Shown here in pieces: positions 51,501 to 64,000 of a stretch of DNA of 64,000 nt. A model generated the notes under the pieces. It was not told the origin of the DNA. It did no database searches and saw only the letters and a list, made by a program, of their open reading frames with translations. Positions within the stretch are counted from its first letter, which is position 1. Every line of letters starts with the position of its first letter. The translations under genes were made by a program, and so were the position numbers. The stretch comes from Antedon mediterranea (Eukaryota; Animalia; Echinodermata), in the NCBI RefSeq assembly GCF_964355755.1, contig NC_092680.1, positions 3,224,001-3,288,000 on the forward strand, in the 5' to 3' direction.

Positions 51501-54500
51501 CTGTAACCACAAACCTGACATGATCCTGTCAATTATAATTACTGTGTCTATATATAAATTTACGTAAGGGCAAAATTCGGTAAATCGCGCCTTACTTTTA
51601 GAATTTTTACTCGATGGTATGTAAAGTTGGTTAGTACTTTCGGTACTGATTTTAACCACCTGATGTAACCCTGTTTACTAATTAAATTAAGTTAGATAAT
51701 TAGTTATTGACGATTAAAACGAATTTAGGTTCAACGATTTGCCCCAGATAGGGGTGTTTTCCGATCGTGGTATACACTGTCTAATGGATGTCCATCTTGA
51801 AAAATACCCGCCACAAAAATGCGAGGAGGCTTCGCATTTTCCTATCTCCTCCTACGATAATTGTTTTTAATAGCTGAAAACCGGTTGAACAGCTCGAGTA
51901 CTGTATCATAATGTTGAAGACCGGCCGATTTTCTTAAAAAAATACTATTTTGATAGATTTAATATACGTTTATACAAATGTATTGATTTGCGATGAATGG
52001 AACATTCCAATCTCTGTGTCGTTCCACAAGTGTCTATTCCCTCAGGCGTCGTAAAGGAAAGTACTGTATACTCATAACAGAAATTCGATCCATTTTTTTT
52101 TTCAATCTGTGCTGCAGAGGTTGGATATAATTTTTTTTAAACGGATAATGAGCTAGCGTTTTCAGTCGCCGTAATTTAATATTTATTACCGATTAAATCG
52201 AATTTATGATTTTCCCCGAATAGAGGTGGTTTTCACAAATTGTTTAACTTTATATATAAACATACGTAGTGATGTATCGTTACATGTGCTGTACTATTTC
52301 AATCGACTACGACGGTGATAGTTTCAACAAAGTATTACATCGCAATGTTTTACTGTGTTTAGTGGTATATTATTTGTAAAACATGTTAATTAATATTTTG
52401 TTACAAAATAAAGAATATATTTAAAAATTGTTCCTCTTTGCACCCATCCTCTTCTCCATCTCTCAACCATAATGTTACATACAAAACACAAATTAAGTTT
52501 GTTTAAATTTGACTTAAACAATAATGGTCTCATTTTGTGACAACTTTCTCTTTCGGAAGTAATTCCCAGTGTGCTAATTTTAGTTGAGTACATAAATCAC
52601 AGTGTCTATTTAATCGTTCCTGTAAACGACATATATTATTGTCCTGCATTATTGTACATTTGATGAATCGCCAGTTTTTTAACGCTGAAATTACTGTGTA
52701 TTCGAGAACCATCTGTGGGCACGACCTAGATGGTACGCGAGCGTACCATCTAGTTATATTAAATTAACAAAAATACATCCATTGAAAATAAAATTATACT
52801 AAGTACTGTCAACTTTTGTAACACGAACAAACCTAGTATATCCGGGCCCAACATCATCTCCTACTTGTTCATTACCTTGCAATGTAATTTCTTTATACAT
52901 AATTATAAATAATTTACCATAAATAACTAATGTAATCAAACATGATGTAGTCTTATACCCTTTTCACATCTGCATAGATTTGTACCAAGCATACGCGAAC
53001 CTTGAGAAATCTCTGATGGAAAGTGTAGTTGCGCGCTATTTGATTATTATTATTGGTCCATTTAATACCCGTGCAATACACGCGCGCAGTAAGAACTCGG
53101 AACAAAAACAGGTGTGAGGAGATGTTCTACAAAATAGTATTCACACTATGCAAACCTGGTTACAAGTCGTTACATTTTGCAAATGTGAAAAGGGTTTTAA
53201 CCAACTATTTGCTATTGTTCTTTTTTGTTTTACAGAGTCTAGCAGCTGTGTATCTTGCAACGGGTATATTTGGTTATGAATTTTGGAAAATTACTGTTTA
53301 TGGATTCGAATGGAGGGTGTTATTAGTTCCTCTTGTATTTTGTAAGTTAATTAAATGTTTAATTGGGTTAGTATCAGATTAATACGTTACTAAGAACAAT
53401 GTACAGTACTAAGATAGATTGACTTACTTAAGATGTTTATTGTAGAATCTTTTGTGTGTGTGTGTGTGTTACCGCTGCGTCGGTTTTGTTTTTGTTTTTT
53501 ATACCATGAAATATGAAGGGTAAAAAAAAAAATTAATACGTTTCTCCACTCATCCATTCTATGTTACTGCAGTAACTGCAGTATTAATGATCCCTAAAAA
53601 TATTAATAATTATATTGATTATTATATTATTTATTATTGTGTATTTATAGTTGGTTCAGCTGGTCTTTCCATACCACAAAGCCTTTACAATATATACAGG
53701 TAATTTACTTTTTAAATTATTACATTTGAAACTGTCCTTTTAATTACGTTTATGAAAGTTAATTTCTATCCAGGTAGAATATAAGATTTGAATGATCAAC
53801 TGGACTTACTTTATTAAAACATCGACATACTTATAGTTGAAAAATAAAAGTTTAAGTTTGTCAGAACAGGTTTTTTTTTTTAAGATTAATTTAGTATATT
53901 AGACTTTTTAGCATAATATACCATTTTATATATAAATCCAAAGGCAAATTACTGAAAAAATGGCAATTCAGTGGCTGGATCTCAATGGAGATACAAAATA
54001 AAAGCTAAATCTAAACGAGAGGTAAAACAGCCAGAAAAGTTAGCACAGCTTTCGGGCAACACTAGCCCTTCATCATTTTATATATATATATATATATACC
54101 ATTTTTTTAAATATATACCATCGTTTTGGTATGTTCGACTGTAATACATTATTTAGAATTATATACACAAATAGAGAACAAATAATATAATGAATATTAC
54201 TATTAATTTTTTTTCTTTCTTTAGAGGATACAAGGATGGTACTGGTAAAATGAGGTCTTTTAACAGAGCAATGGAGCCTCTATATCCACTATTTGCCCTG
54301 TTTGCATTGTCAACTATCTGGGTTTACTTTTCACCAACTGGTATTTTAGAACTTCAACCAAGAATATTTTGTCTAGCTATTGGTACCATTAATTCAAATA
54401 TTGCTGTAAGTATTATGACAGTTATTATTATTATTTAAAAAAAAGCTACTCAAAGAAACTTGTGTCTTCTGCTTTCACTGTTTCAGATGACTTGTGGTTT

Positions 54501-55526
54501 CATAGAGTTAAGCTCTGTCTACACTATCAAACTAGTTTGTCAAAAAAAGTGTGATGTGTCCACATCAGATAGTGATATTCCCAAATATGGTAGTGACATC
54601 ATGACAGCATGTCTATATATGGGCACATCACATTTTTTTGTCATATCACTACCATATTTAGGCACATCACACTTTTGTTGTCAAACTAGTTTGATAATGT
54701 AGACAGAGCTTTACATTTGAATACTAGTCTGAGTAGCATATAAATAAATCTAAATATTGCAATTTGTACTTCTCCTATTTATTTATGTTAAAATACTGTA
54801 GGGAAGAATGAAAGAAAAATATGTATATGTATCATTTCTTTTTTTAGTGTCGTTTGATTATCAGTCAGATGTCGGATACGCTTTGTAATTCGTTTAATCA
54901 ACTCCTCATTCCACTAGCCCTGTGTGTTGTTTCTGCGTTTGTATTCCATGATAGTACAATAGAGGTATATCTGTTGTACTCTTTGTGTACCATTAGCATT
55001 GTTGCGCATGTTCACTACGCTAGTTGTGTGGTAAGTATATTTGAATTTTTGTATACAAACATAGTATATTGTTATTAAATATCCTCAAAAATTGAGGAAA
55101 TTTCGATTAAGCCCTCTGCCATGCCACAGTGTAGCATCTACTATGATAAACACACCGGAAGATATTCCCATACTTTTTTATTAGTTCTTTACCATGTGCA
55201 TTGTATGTATACAGGACCAACAGCTTTATTTCTCATCTGAAAGTTGAGCTAATATGAGTATAGTATATGGCACAGAAAGGACGGTCTTGAACCCATGCCT
55301 CTTATATTCAAACTGATGTCCCTTTCCATTGTGCCATATTAATCTCGATATGAAGTCCGCTATCAGTTATAAATGGTTCCCTTCAAGTTTAAAAAATTGA
55401 TAGCTTTATTCCTTAATTCAATTAAAATGAATTACTTGTTTTCTGTTTTTACAGGTATACCAACTGGCTGACCACTTTAATATTCATATTTTTTCACTTA
55501 AGAAAAAGAAAGAACGAAAAAGGTAG
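48552..55526 (+). CDS. SELENOI: Ethanolaminephosphotransferase 1 (selenoprotein I orthologue, no Sec)
   Basis: Exons 48552-48605 (GFDKYK), 49180-49248 ([18 protein letters not shown]), 50165-50357 (WLAPNLMT), 51008-51275 ([26 protein letters not shown], the CDP-alcohol phosphotransferase motif), 53236-53341, 53651-53699, 54225-54405, 54848-55030 and 55455-55526 (ends [11 protein letters not shown]). Confidence 0.92.
50712..50881. mobile_element. Tc1/mariner-pogo MITE
   Basis: TA TSD and TIR CAGTCAACTCTCCCAATAC...GTATTGGGAGAGTTGACTG. Confidence 0.85.
51547..52753 (+). mobile_element. Non-autonomous Helitron
   Basis: 5' TCTATATATAAA and a 3' palindrome CTAGATGGTACGC-GA-GCGTACCATCTAG ending in CTAG followed by T. 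No TSD. The 5' boundary is less certain because it is preceded by G rather than A. Confidence 0.65.
52957..53195. mobile_element. Harbinger-like MITE
   Basis: TIR ACCCTTTTCACAT(C/T)TGCA. The TSD is unclear. Confidence 0.6.
54040..54077 (-). ncRNA. Penelope-type minimal hammerhead motif, 5'-truncated
   Basis: The minus strand reads TGATGA-A-GGGC(TAGTGTT)GCCC-GAAA-GCT and abuts a (TA)n tract. The first core C is missing. Confidence 0.5.
54511..54710. mobile_element. PIF/Harbinger MITE family A, representative copy (about 16 copies in the window)
   Basis: TIR AGCTCTGTCTACACTATCAAACT with TTA/TAA TSD. Other full or partial copies at ~822-925, 6700-6813, 25872-26012, 28380-28532, 34234-34389, 40367-40486, 46044-46172, 47016-47174, 49714-49856, 56028-56186, 56868-57029, 58604-58741, 59074-59237, 62989-63145 and 63535-63640. 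Confidence 0.88.
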
Positions 55527-56235
55527 ACAATGTTACATTTTTAACCTTTTAAATATTTCCTGTAAATAGTTTTGGAAATTAAAGGTAAATATTATACCTC
55601 TAAAGTGTTAATTTGGAATTATGGAAAAGTTGTCATTTTAAAATGCCTGTTATTTTAAATGGGGCATAAATTGAGTTTTAAGGGGTTGGCCTACCCTAGT
55701 TTCCCACCACCCCACCACGGATGGCTACACTGTTCCAGGGTGAAGATGCACCATTGACTGATATTTTAATATGCAAATGAATATGCAGATTTATGCATTT
55801 TCATCTTCTTGTTTAAACAAACCATCTATCTACTCAATTTTTTGGGGTGGAGGAGGTTTGCTGGTGTAAGTATAAGTGTGTGTTCATAATGGTATGTTTG
55901 TAGAATGAGATTTTACATTTTATTTACAAATTAAAAAAGGATTTAAACAGATTTTTTTGTGTGCAAACTTTGGTAATTTCGTAAGATTCGTTTGCTTTAT
56001 AATTAAATTAAGATTTATAGGAATTAAAGGTCTGTCTACACATCAAACTAGTTTGACAAAAGAAGTGTGATGTGAACAAATATGGTAGTGATATGCCTAA
56101 ATATGGTAGTGATATGGCATCGTCATGTCCATACAGGAGCACATCACATTTTTTGTCACATACAGTTTGATACTGTAGACAGGGCTTAATATTTGATATC
56201 TTCAGTTATAATAATCATTCATTTGAGAATGTATG

Positions 56236-56796
56236 ATTGTGAGACAGGAGGGGGTGACCTTCCAGCCAATCACATGATATTGTGAGACAGGAGGGGATGA
56301 CCTTCCAGCCATTCACATGATATTGTGAGACAGGAGGGGGTGACCTTCCAGCCATTCACATGATATTGTGAGACAGGAGGGGGTAACCTTCCAGCCATTC
56401 ACATGATATTGTGAGACAGGAGGGGGTGACCTTCCAGCCATTCACATGATATTGTGAGACAGGAGGGGGGTGACCTTCCAGCCATTCACATGATATTGTG
56501 AGACAGGAGGGGGTGACCTTCCAGCCATTCACATGATATTGTGAGACAGGAGGGGGGTGACCTTCCAGCCATTCACATGATATTGTGAGACAGGAGGGGG
56601 TGACCTTCCAGCCAATCACATGATATTGTGAGACAGGAGGGGGTGACCTTCCAGCCAATCACATGATATTGTGAGACAAGAGGGGGTGACCTTCCAGCCA
56701 ATCACATGATATTGTGAGACAGGAGGTGGTGACCTTCCAGCCAATCACATGATATTGTGAGACAGGAGGGGGATACCTTCCAGTCAATCACATGAT
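56236..56796 (+). repeat. 42-43-bp minisatellite (about 13 copies)
   Basis: Unit TGTGAGACAGGAGGGGG(G)TGACCTTCCAGCCA(A/T)TCACATGATAT. Confidence 0.95.
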
Positions 56797-59649
56797 GTTT
56801 CTCTAGTTGTTACAGGTTTCCTTAACCTTTGTATAATTGACATTATATGCATGTTTGCAGCTTTTTTAACTCTGTCTACACTATCAAACTGTATGTGAAA
56901 AAAAAATGTGATGTGGCCCATATATGGACATGATGTTGTCATATCACTACCACATTTGGTCATATCACTACCATTATTTGGAAAAGCACACTTTTTTTGT
57001 CAAACAAGTTTGATAATGTAGACAGAGCTTTAAGAAGTTATAAAAGTGAATTTATATGTGTATCATAAACAGTATTACTACTAAGTGAAGATGGTATATA
57101 TATGTATTATTTGTTATGCAGACACATCTGAAATTGACACGCCTCAAATTGGAATTTGATATTTATTTACAATTTTTTTGTTTTCAGTTCATTTATTCAG
57201 TTCCTCCTGCCCATTTTACAATAAAAAATCATGTTCATTTTCGGGCATGCAGAAATGTCTTTTTTTTTAAATGATTTAGCTAAATAATGCAATTGCAATA
57301 GTTATAATAGTGATGCTGCAGTTAGTCATGTATTCTTATTGTGTTTTCTATAGCCTAACACATTTGGTATAGTTGTTATTCATTTGATCAACAATATAAG
57401 TAATGCTTTGGGTATATGTGTTATATTCTTTATTGTGTGTAAGGTATACACTTAATTTTAATTTGTACTAGACTCTGTTGTGCTAGGAACTCCACTAAAT
57501 AATATAAAGCAAAACATTAAGCCTCAATTTTCAGAATCATTTATTCTGTACTTCAACTGTAGGTACAGTACATTAGGTTATACGCTGAATTAGATTGTTT
57601 ACGAGTAACGTCGTGAGGTGGTTTCCCGATTAATCGTACGATCAAAACGGTACTGGGTATGATCAACTAGCGTTCGTGTTCCCACCTAATCATCCATTCA
57701 TAGAAGTACTGATGAAGATATCAATCTGTGGCGACAATAGAATGGACCCGAGACCTGCCTATCTTCGACTTTTAAATAATAGAAAGTTTTGAAAAATTGT
57801 GTTAGGGTAGAAATGTACGTAGGCCTATTATGATGTGTATGTTTATTGAAAATGGTAATAGGCGATACGAAAACTGTTATTTAATTGGAGTAAAAATACC
57901 CTGGTACAATATATTAGGGATCATGCTAAAATTATTCAACGTTGTACTACCTTAATTTAATTCAGTTGAGTTTTTAAACACAAGATAAAGGTACCTACAG
58001 TAGTGTATTGTAGACAATAGGTTTTACTAGGAAAGTTTTGTTCTCAAACTGCAAGTTGATCGTGTTTTCGAACTAAAGTTTGCTAATGTAGAGAGGTTTA
58101 ATAAGACAGCCATGCAATAAACAGTGTGTACGATTACATAGTTTGCTAAATAATTGCATAATTAGTCGAGTCAAGTAAACAAAATGTACAATAATGTTGT
58201 CAAGATCTTTTACAAAGAAGATAATTTTTAACCTTTTAATTGAGCAATGCAATCGCAACACTAGATATAATTAAAGTTAAGTCAATTCGTTCATAAGGTC
58301 ACCACTGCTTATAGATAATACTTATATTATTATTAATTTCTTCTATTTTTGCCAAATTTAAATATTGATTTTGTATTTTAATTCCTATTTATTTTGTATG
58401 TATTTTTTATTTTTATACATTCCAATGTAATTATTATTAATCAACAATAAGGTAAGGAAATTTTATCTAAAAATTAATTTTGAATGCATAAAAAGTGATT
58501 CACACTATTAAAAATGTTTTATACTGAGTTGATTGAATAGTGTGTTGACATATCAATGAAATATAGGGTAGAGATATATGTGACCCTTATTTACCTCAAC
58601 TTAAGTTCTGTCTACACTATCAAACTTTATGTGACAAAAAAATGTGATGTGCCCATATATGCACATGATGATGTTATAGACTACCTTATTTGGGCTTATC
58701 ACACTTTTTTGTCAAAGTAATTTGATAGTGTGGACAGAGCTTTAGAGTAACTATCCCCAAATAGTTTTTGCCTTGTGTCACTCAGGAAAATATTGAGAAT
58801 TTTCAAGATTTAACATTTTCGTGAAGGCACCAGCTGATATTAACTTGTTTTAATAAAACACCTTTTTCATGTAATTACTTAGTTTGTTAAGTATATTACT
58901 CAATTTGTATAATTCATGTTTCAATATAAATTATTGATGTCATTAAATATTGTATAAGTAAACTATTTAATCAATTAACTATAAATACTGGGTAAATATT
59001 ATCGTAATTAAATGAGGCTGAAATTGTTGCTGAACTCTTTTTTATGTTACTTCTTACCATACATACAAAGTAAAGCTCTGTCTACACTATCAAACTAGTT
59101 TGACAAAAAAGTATGATGTGCCCAAATATGGTAGTGATATACCCAAATATGGAAGTGATATGCCCAAATATAGTAGGGATATGACATCATCATGTCCACA
59201 TTTTTTTGTCACATAAAGTTTGAGAGTAGAAAGAGCTTAAGGTAACGTGTACGATTATAATAATAAGGAATAGGTTTGGATCCATCTATTTCTAAAGGTC
59301 TCTAAAATAATAACATCTGTACCGAATTCAATATAACATATTGTACGTAACAAGACTCCAATGCGCTACAAGAACGTTACAAAGTAAAAATAAGGATGTT
59401 TTTCTCGTTTGAATAATATACTGATGGAACTTGTTTCGCGGCGGATCACACAGTAGATAAGTGCAGAGAAAGTACCATAGGAATTGATTCACATTTCCAT
59501 CCAATATTATTAATAACAGCCATAGTTATGTACAATGTAATACTTTAACAATGCATGATATATATAATATAATATGGTATTTAAACGGTTAGATCATGGA
59601 GTTATATATCACATAGAATTCCATAGATGATATTTTACAACCTGGAAAT

Positions 59650-60606
59650 TTAGACATCGTTCGAAAATCTCCTTGAAAGGTTGTACGATCTCTGATTAGG
59701 AGACACTGTTGCGTCAAAATCAAAAGTCTGAGATCTGTGCAGTTGTTTGTGACTTTGCTTTAGTTTCTTGCGTTTTTCCAGATTCCAACTTTGAATTTTA
59801 AAACACCCTTGTTCGTTGTAAGTGGAATCATTACTATTATGTAACATATCTAACGGTGCAAGTGTCTTGAAGAAATTCTTTTCCGGAGATAATCTACTCG
59901 CCCACTTGGATTTGATTGACGATGGCGCTGCAGATGATGTCAATGGCTGTCCGTTCATTTCATATCTAAGATTACTTTCAAATGTCTTCAATTTTAAAAC
60001 AGATTTGAATTTTGAGTGTCCTCCTGTGCTCATATCGATCGCTTGCAAGTTTCGTATTTTCTCTCCTTTACGATTGTAAAAAGAAAGTTGTTTAGAGACT
60101 AGAATTGGTAGTTGTAAGCCATCTTCCACCAACTGACTCTGTCTCAAAGTGTTATACCCGAACGTTGCGTGCGACAATTTTGGGTAGAAAAATCCAGTTA
60201 TAATGCTGTTTGAAACTGATGGGGGAAACTGTGGGCCTATGTATTTTCGGCAAGCTCTCTGAGTTGTGACGATTTCTGTTTTTGAAAACTGTTTAGAGTT
60301 ATTTGTCAGTACATTTAGTCTCTCTATTGCTAAAGGCGGTAACGTTAAACCAACGTTATCCTCCAGTTTTTTGGACAATGTTGATGCTGTTGGAAACGTC
60401 ACCACTTCTGATGATGACTCGTTGTCTAGTGATACGTCACTCTGACTTTTTTCGGATTCACCACCAATGTGTTGGAACTCTTCCTCGTTGGTATCGACAT
60501 CATTAATGTCCTGGTTACTGGTGGTTTCAATGTTTTCTCGTTCGCTGATCTGTTCTGAAGACGGTATGTCTACAGAGATAGTTTGGGTAGCAATTTCTCG
60601 AGACAT
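59650..60606 (-). CDS. Uncharacterised single-exon ORF, about 318 aa from the first ATG, likely disordered
   Basis: Stop-free 957-nt frame in AT-rich DNA starting MSREIATQT. Acidic N-terminus and basic C-terminus, with no domain I recognise. Confidence 0.65.
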   Translation of the reverse strand: MSREIATQTISVDIPSSEQISERENIETTSNQDINDVDTNEEEFQHIGGESEKSQSDVSLDNESSSEVVTFPTASTLSKKLEDNVGLTLPPLAIERLNVLTNNSKQFSKTEIVTTQRACRKYIGPQFPPSVSNSIITGFFYPKLSHATFGYNTLRQSQLVEDGLQLPILVSKQLSFYNRKGEKIRNLQAIDMSTGGHSKFKSVLKLKTFESNLRYEMNGQPLTSSAAPSSIKSKWASRLSPEKNFFKTLAPLDMLHNSNDSTYNEQGCFKIQSWNLEKRKKLKQSHKQLHRSQTFDFDATVSPNQRSYNLSRRFSNDV

Positions 60607-61521
60607 TATTGTGGTCCGATTACATAGTAGAACACTAATTACTAATTGCGTAACCGTCTTCACCAACAACTTAACTGTATGCTGTATTCAGCTTACTTGA
60701 GTAACAAATCTATAGTGCATCCAACGATGGAACGCTCTTTGGGCCATATATACAACATCCAAAGAAACAATTTAAGATCATTCGGGTACCGTAACACCAC
60801 ACTCTGTCTTAGGCCGCCGGATAGACCTAAGTGACTCGAGTTATTGTTACAGTGTGTTATTTATTAGCTCAGTTTCGACCAGCAATAAATCAATTCCTTG
60901 GTTTTCTTATTCTAACGTTCTTTTTATATGCTAAACAAAAGATCGATCGTTTGAGCGTTGCAATAACAACAAACAATCGATAGTTGGACCCTACTGATGA
61001 AAACATGGATACAAATCCGATAGATACACGAAAAGGTGACATAAAATCAATACAATGGCGTGTAAAAATACGTTATTGTTACAAAACATGCGTGTTGATT
61101 GTGTATTGATTACGTTATAAGTGCGAAGAATTTATTAATATATAAATTATAATTAAGCATTGATCATCTCAGTATAATTCGGTCACTTATTTATATAACA
61201 TTTGCACTTTTAACCCTACGAAAGCGTTGATCGATATACAAAAGTTCTTTTACCTTTGAGATTACAAAATGGCATTTATTTAAAATTATAATTTCAGGGG
61301 AGCGATCTTGATGCATCGAGGTATAAAATTAGATTTTACCATCATGCTTCATACTTTAACTTTCTGGTAGGTAATAAGAGGGCGTGGTTTTGGTTGTTGT
61401 GACGTAGGCTACTCACGTTTTTGGTTGACAGATAGGCTAGCGTATGTGTAGCCTAGAGTAGTAGGCCTGCCCTGGTATAAATTCTATAATTCTTCGCAAT
61501 AATAACTGTAGAAACTACGCC

Positions 61522-64000
61522 ATGGCGAGGTAAGTTTTGATTGATTGTATATAAATATTAAGAGGCTATGTTATTAAAAAATAGATGTAAACTAACTTAA
61601 ATAACATGTTAGAAAGGCTAAGCCCAAGGTGGGGCCGGAATAGCATGAATTTGAATGGTTGAGACACCCACACAATGACGTGGCATTGGCTACGATCTTC
61701 CTACTAGGGCCTAGCATTACTCCATGGGCCTAGGCCTAGCTAGGCCTACTTATTCTTATTATTTAGCATAAAATATGCTGAATATTGGCATTATGTCCTG
61801 CAAAAAGGTTCCAATACATCCAGGCCATATAGTTACTATGCATTATATCATTAATGAATTAAGTTGATTCTTAAATTAAAATTTTTAAAAACATTCCAGA
61901 TATTATTGTCATAATACGTTTTTTTTTAAGTTTCAAGCCAGATAAGGAATTTTCTGATATAGCAACTAAATTGTGGGATGCGGATGAAAATCGTCTTACA
62001 CCTGGTACGGATTACGCCATCAATCTCCAAGGCAAGACCTTCTATCACAACATGGGTCAACGGGACAGTGCAAAAGAACCACTATTTTCATATGTAAATA
62101 TGGAAAAATTGAAGAAGATGCCTACATATAAATGTTAGTGATTGTTTCAAAATTGATGACTCCGCCCTATAGCCCCTTTTGGCTTATTTTCAATATCCAC
62201 ACATTAAGAACTTTTTAAATAAGATGCTAAAGAGAGAGTGAGTGCCCGAGCTGTTAAGACCGTTGAACCGTAATTATGTAGGGTTTGAGAATGACTCGCT
62301 CCATGGTTCCAGTGGTAGAACGAGTCTTCTCTGATAAGGACTATAAACCGTAGGTCCAGTGTACACATCTAGCATGTGCACTTTAAGAACCTAGTATATC
62401 TTTCGAGACGAGTAGGGGGTTACCCCAGTGTACTAGCCACTAATCATCTTGGAGACCAGTCTTTTACTGAAGAGGTCACCCAGTATAAAAAAAATGATAA
62501 ATAAAAATAAATAAATTTAAATGTTTTATTAATTATGAATGTTTGCCCTATTCTGGTTTGAATTTAGAGTTGGGCAAAATGTCCAAATTACTCTCTGATG
62601 CAAAAATATATCTTATGTTTTGTAGGTTTTATCGCATTGTTGGACAACTATGAAAGTGAAACCGGCATTGCAGAGGTTGTTACTGAGGCTGAAGTTAGGG
62701 AAAACCAAGTTTTTATTGATGCAATTATGGAAACAAAGGTACTCAATATAATTAATTAGTTTCTGTAATCAATTAATATTGTTTAAACATGCAGATTATT
62801 ATTATATTGTATTGCATTGACTGTTTTATTATTCATTGTCTTTTTCTTGTAGGTTATGAAAATAGTCCACAAATATTTAGCAGATAAAAAACTTTCTCCC
62901 AAAGATGTCCGAGGTTTTAAGCACCAACTTTATGACATGTGGTTTAAACTTTACAGAAGAACACGTGGTGATAGGTATGCATGTCTTAAGATCCGTCTAC
63001 ACTATCAAATTAGTTTGACAAAAAACGTGTGATGAGCCCAAATATGGTAGTAATATGCTTAAATATGGTAGTGATATATCATCATGTCCATATATGGGCA
63101 CATCACATTTTTTTGTCACATAAGGTTTGATAGTATAGACAGAGCTTCAGAATTTCTTAATATTTTAAATTATCTCTTGTCCCCAGCTAAATGGTTGTTT
63201 AAAAGTCATTTAGGCTCTACTACAAGGTCCTAGTTTAAGAATGCACATCCATTTTCAAGTTGCGACCTCTGCAATAAATGTTCTGCCACAGAAAGTAATT
63301 TCCATAATTTCTTCCAATAAATATATTATAATTCTATATTTTTCAGAGATTTTGACTCATCAGGCTTTGAACATGTATTTGTTGGTGAAAACAAACGAAA
63401 CACGAATGAAGTGACAGGCTTTCATAATTGGATCAAATTTTATCTAGAGGAGGTAAAAGGCAATATTGACTATAAAGGATGGCTACCACCAAAGATCAAG
63501 GTAAGTAATTAACCATACTGTACCATTATTAATTACTAGTTTGAAAAAAGTGTGATGTGCCCAAATATGGTAATGGTATGCTTGACATCATCATGTCCAT
63601 GTATGAGCACATCACATTTTTCGTCACATGAAGTTTGATAGGGTGATGGTATACATGCTATTTGGCCATTTTAAAAAATGTAAAAAATAAAAAGGTGGAA
63701 ATTTGGTCATTTTTCGACATTTTTATTTGTTGACACAACTATTTCAACTCTATACCCACTCTCAATCATAATGCGCGAGTTTTACGAGGTTCGACTTTTT
63801 ATGTCTTGTGCATACATGGCTATTTTTGGAAAAATTAATATACAAAAAACCAATATTAACTATAAATGGCATCTAGGATGCTTGCAGAAAAATAAAAATG
63901 ATTGTATTATATTGTATTGTTTATTTCAGAGAGGTCGACCAAGAGCAGACAACAATGCCCAACTAGTTACTATCCAATTCACGTGGAAGGGCGGAGTCAA
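61522..64000 (+). CDS. ENDOU: Uridylate-specific endoribonuclease (EndoU/XendoU family), truncated by the window end
   Basis: Exons 61522-61529, 61931-62133 (LWDADENRL), 62626-62738 (FIALLDNYE), 62853-62974, 63347-63500 ([11 protein letters not shown]...[12 protein letters not shown], both catalytic His) and 63930 onward. Confidence 0.93.
62235..62515 (+). mobile_element. tRNA-derived SINE, same family, diverged
   Basis: Shares the GGTAGAACGAGTCTTCTC...GAAGAGGTCACCCAGTATAAA body. Confidence 0.82.

Noticed and set aside
56356-56658. 100-aa repetitive ORF
   Set aside because: It is a translation of the minisatellite, with no coding evidence.
55527-57550. SECIS element for SELENOI
   Set aside because: There is no in-frame UGA in the CDS, and I saw no convincing AUGA-AA-GA kink-turn hairpin by eye.

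Overview
AT-rich, intron-rich animal genomic DNA, not prokaryotic. Gene and transposon content suggests a marine invertebrate deuterostome such as an echinoderm, but that is inference. Genes in order: an intronless class A GPCR (-); a multi-exon single-pass MAM-domain receptor with a Tyr-motif tail (+); a Tyr-motif-rich exon or gene carrying repeated W-E-[ED]-N-x-x-Y units (+); RTEL1 (+, about 30 exons); a BTB-BACK-Kelch gene (-); SELENOI/EPT1 without Sec (+); an orphan disordered ORF (-); and the 5' part of ENDOU (+). Non-coding space holds Harbinger, Kolobok, Mutator-like, P-like and Tc/pogo MITEs, a Helitron, tRNA-derived SINEs, minisatellites and Penelope-type hammerhead remnants. The most interesting items are (1) the MAM receptor locus, with two paralogous 64-nt signal-peptide exons, a GC-AG intron and two phase-compatible terminal exons rich in ITIM-like, YxN and NxxY motifs, and (2) a 4.2-kb Academ-derived foldback with two inverted copies of the transposase 3' end inside an RTEL1 intron. 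Exon coordinates were read by eye and no searches were run.
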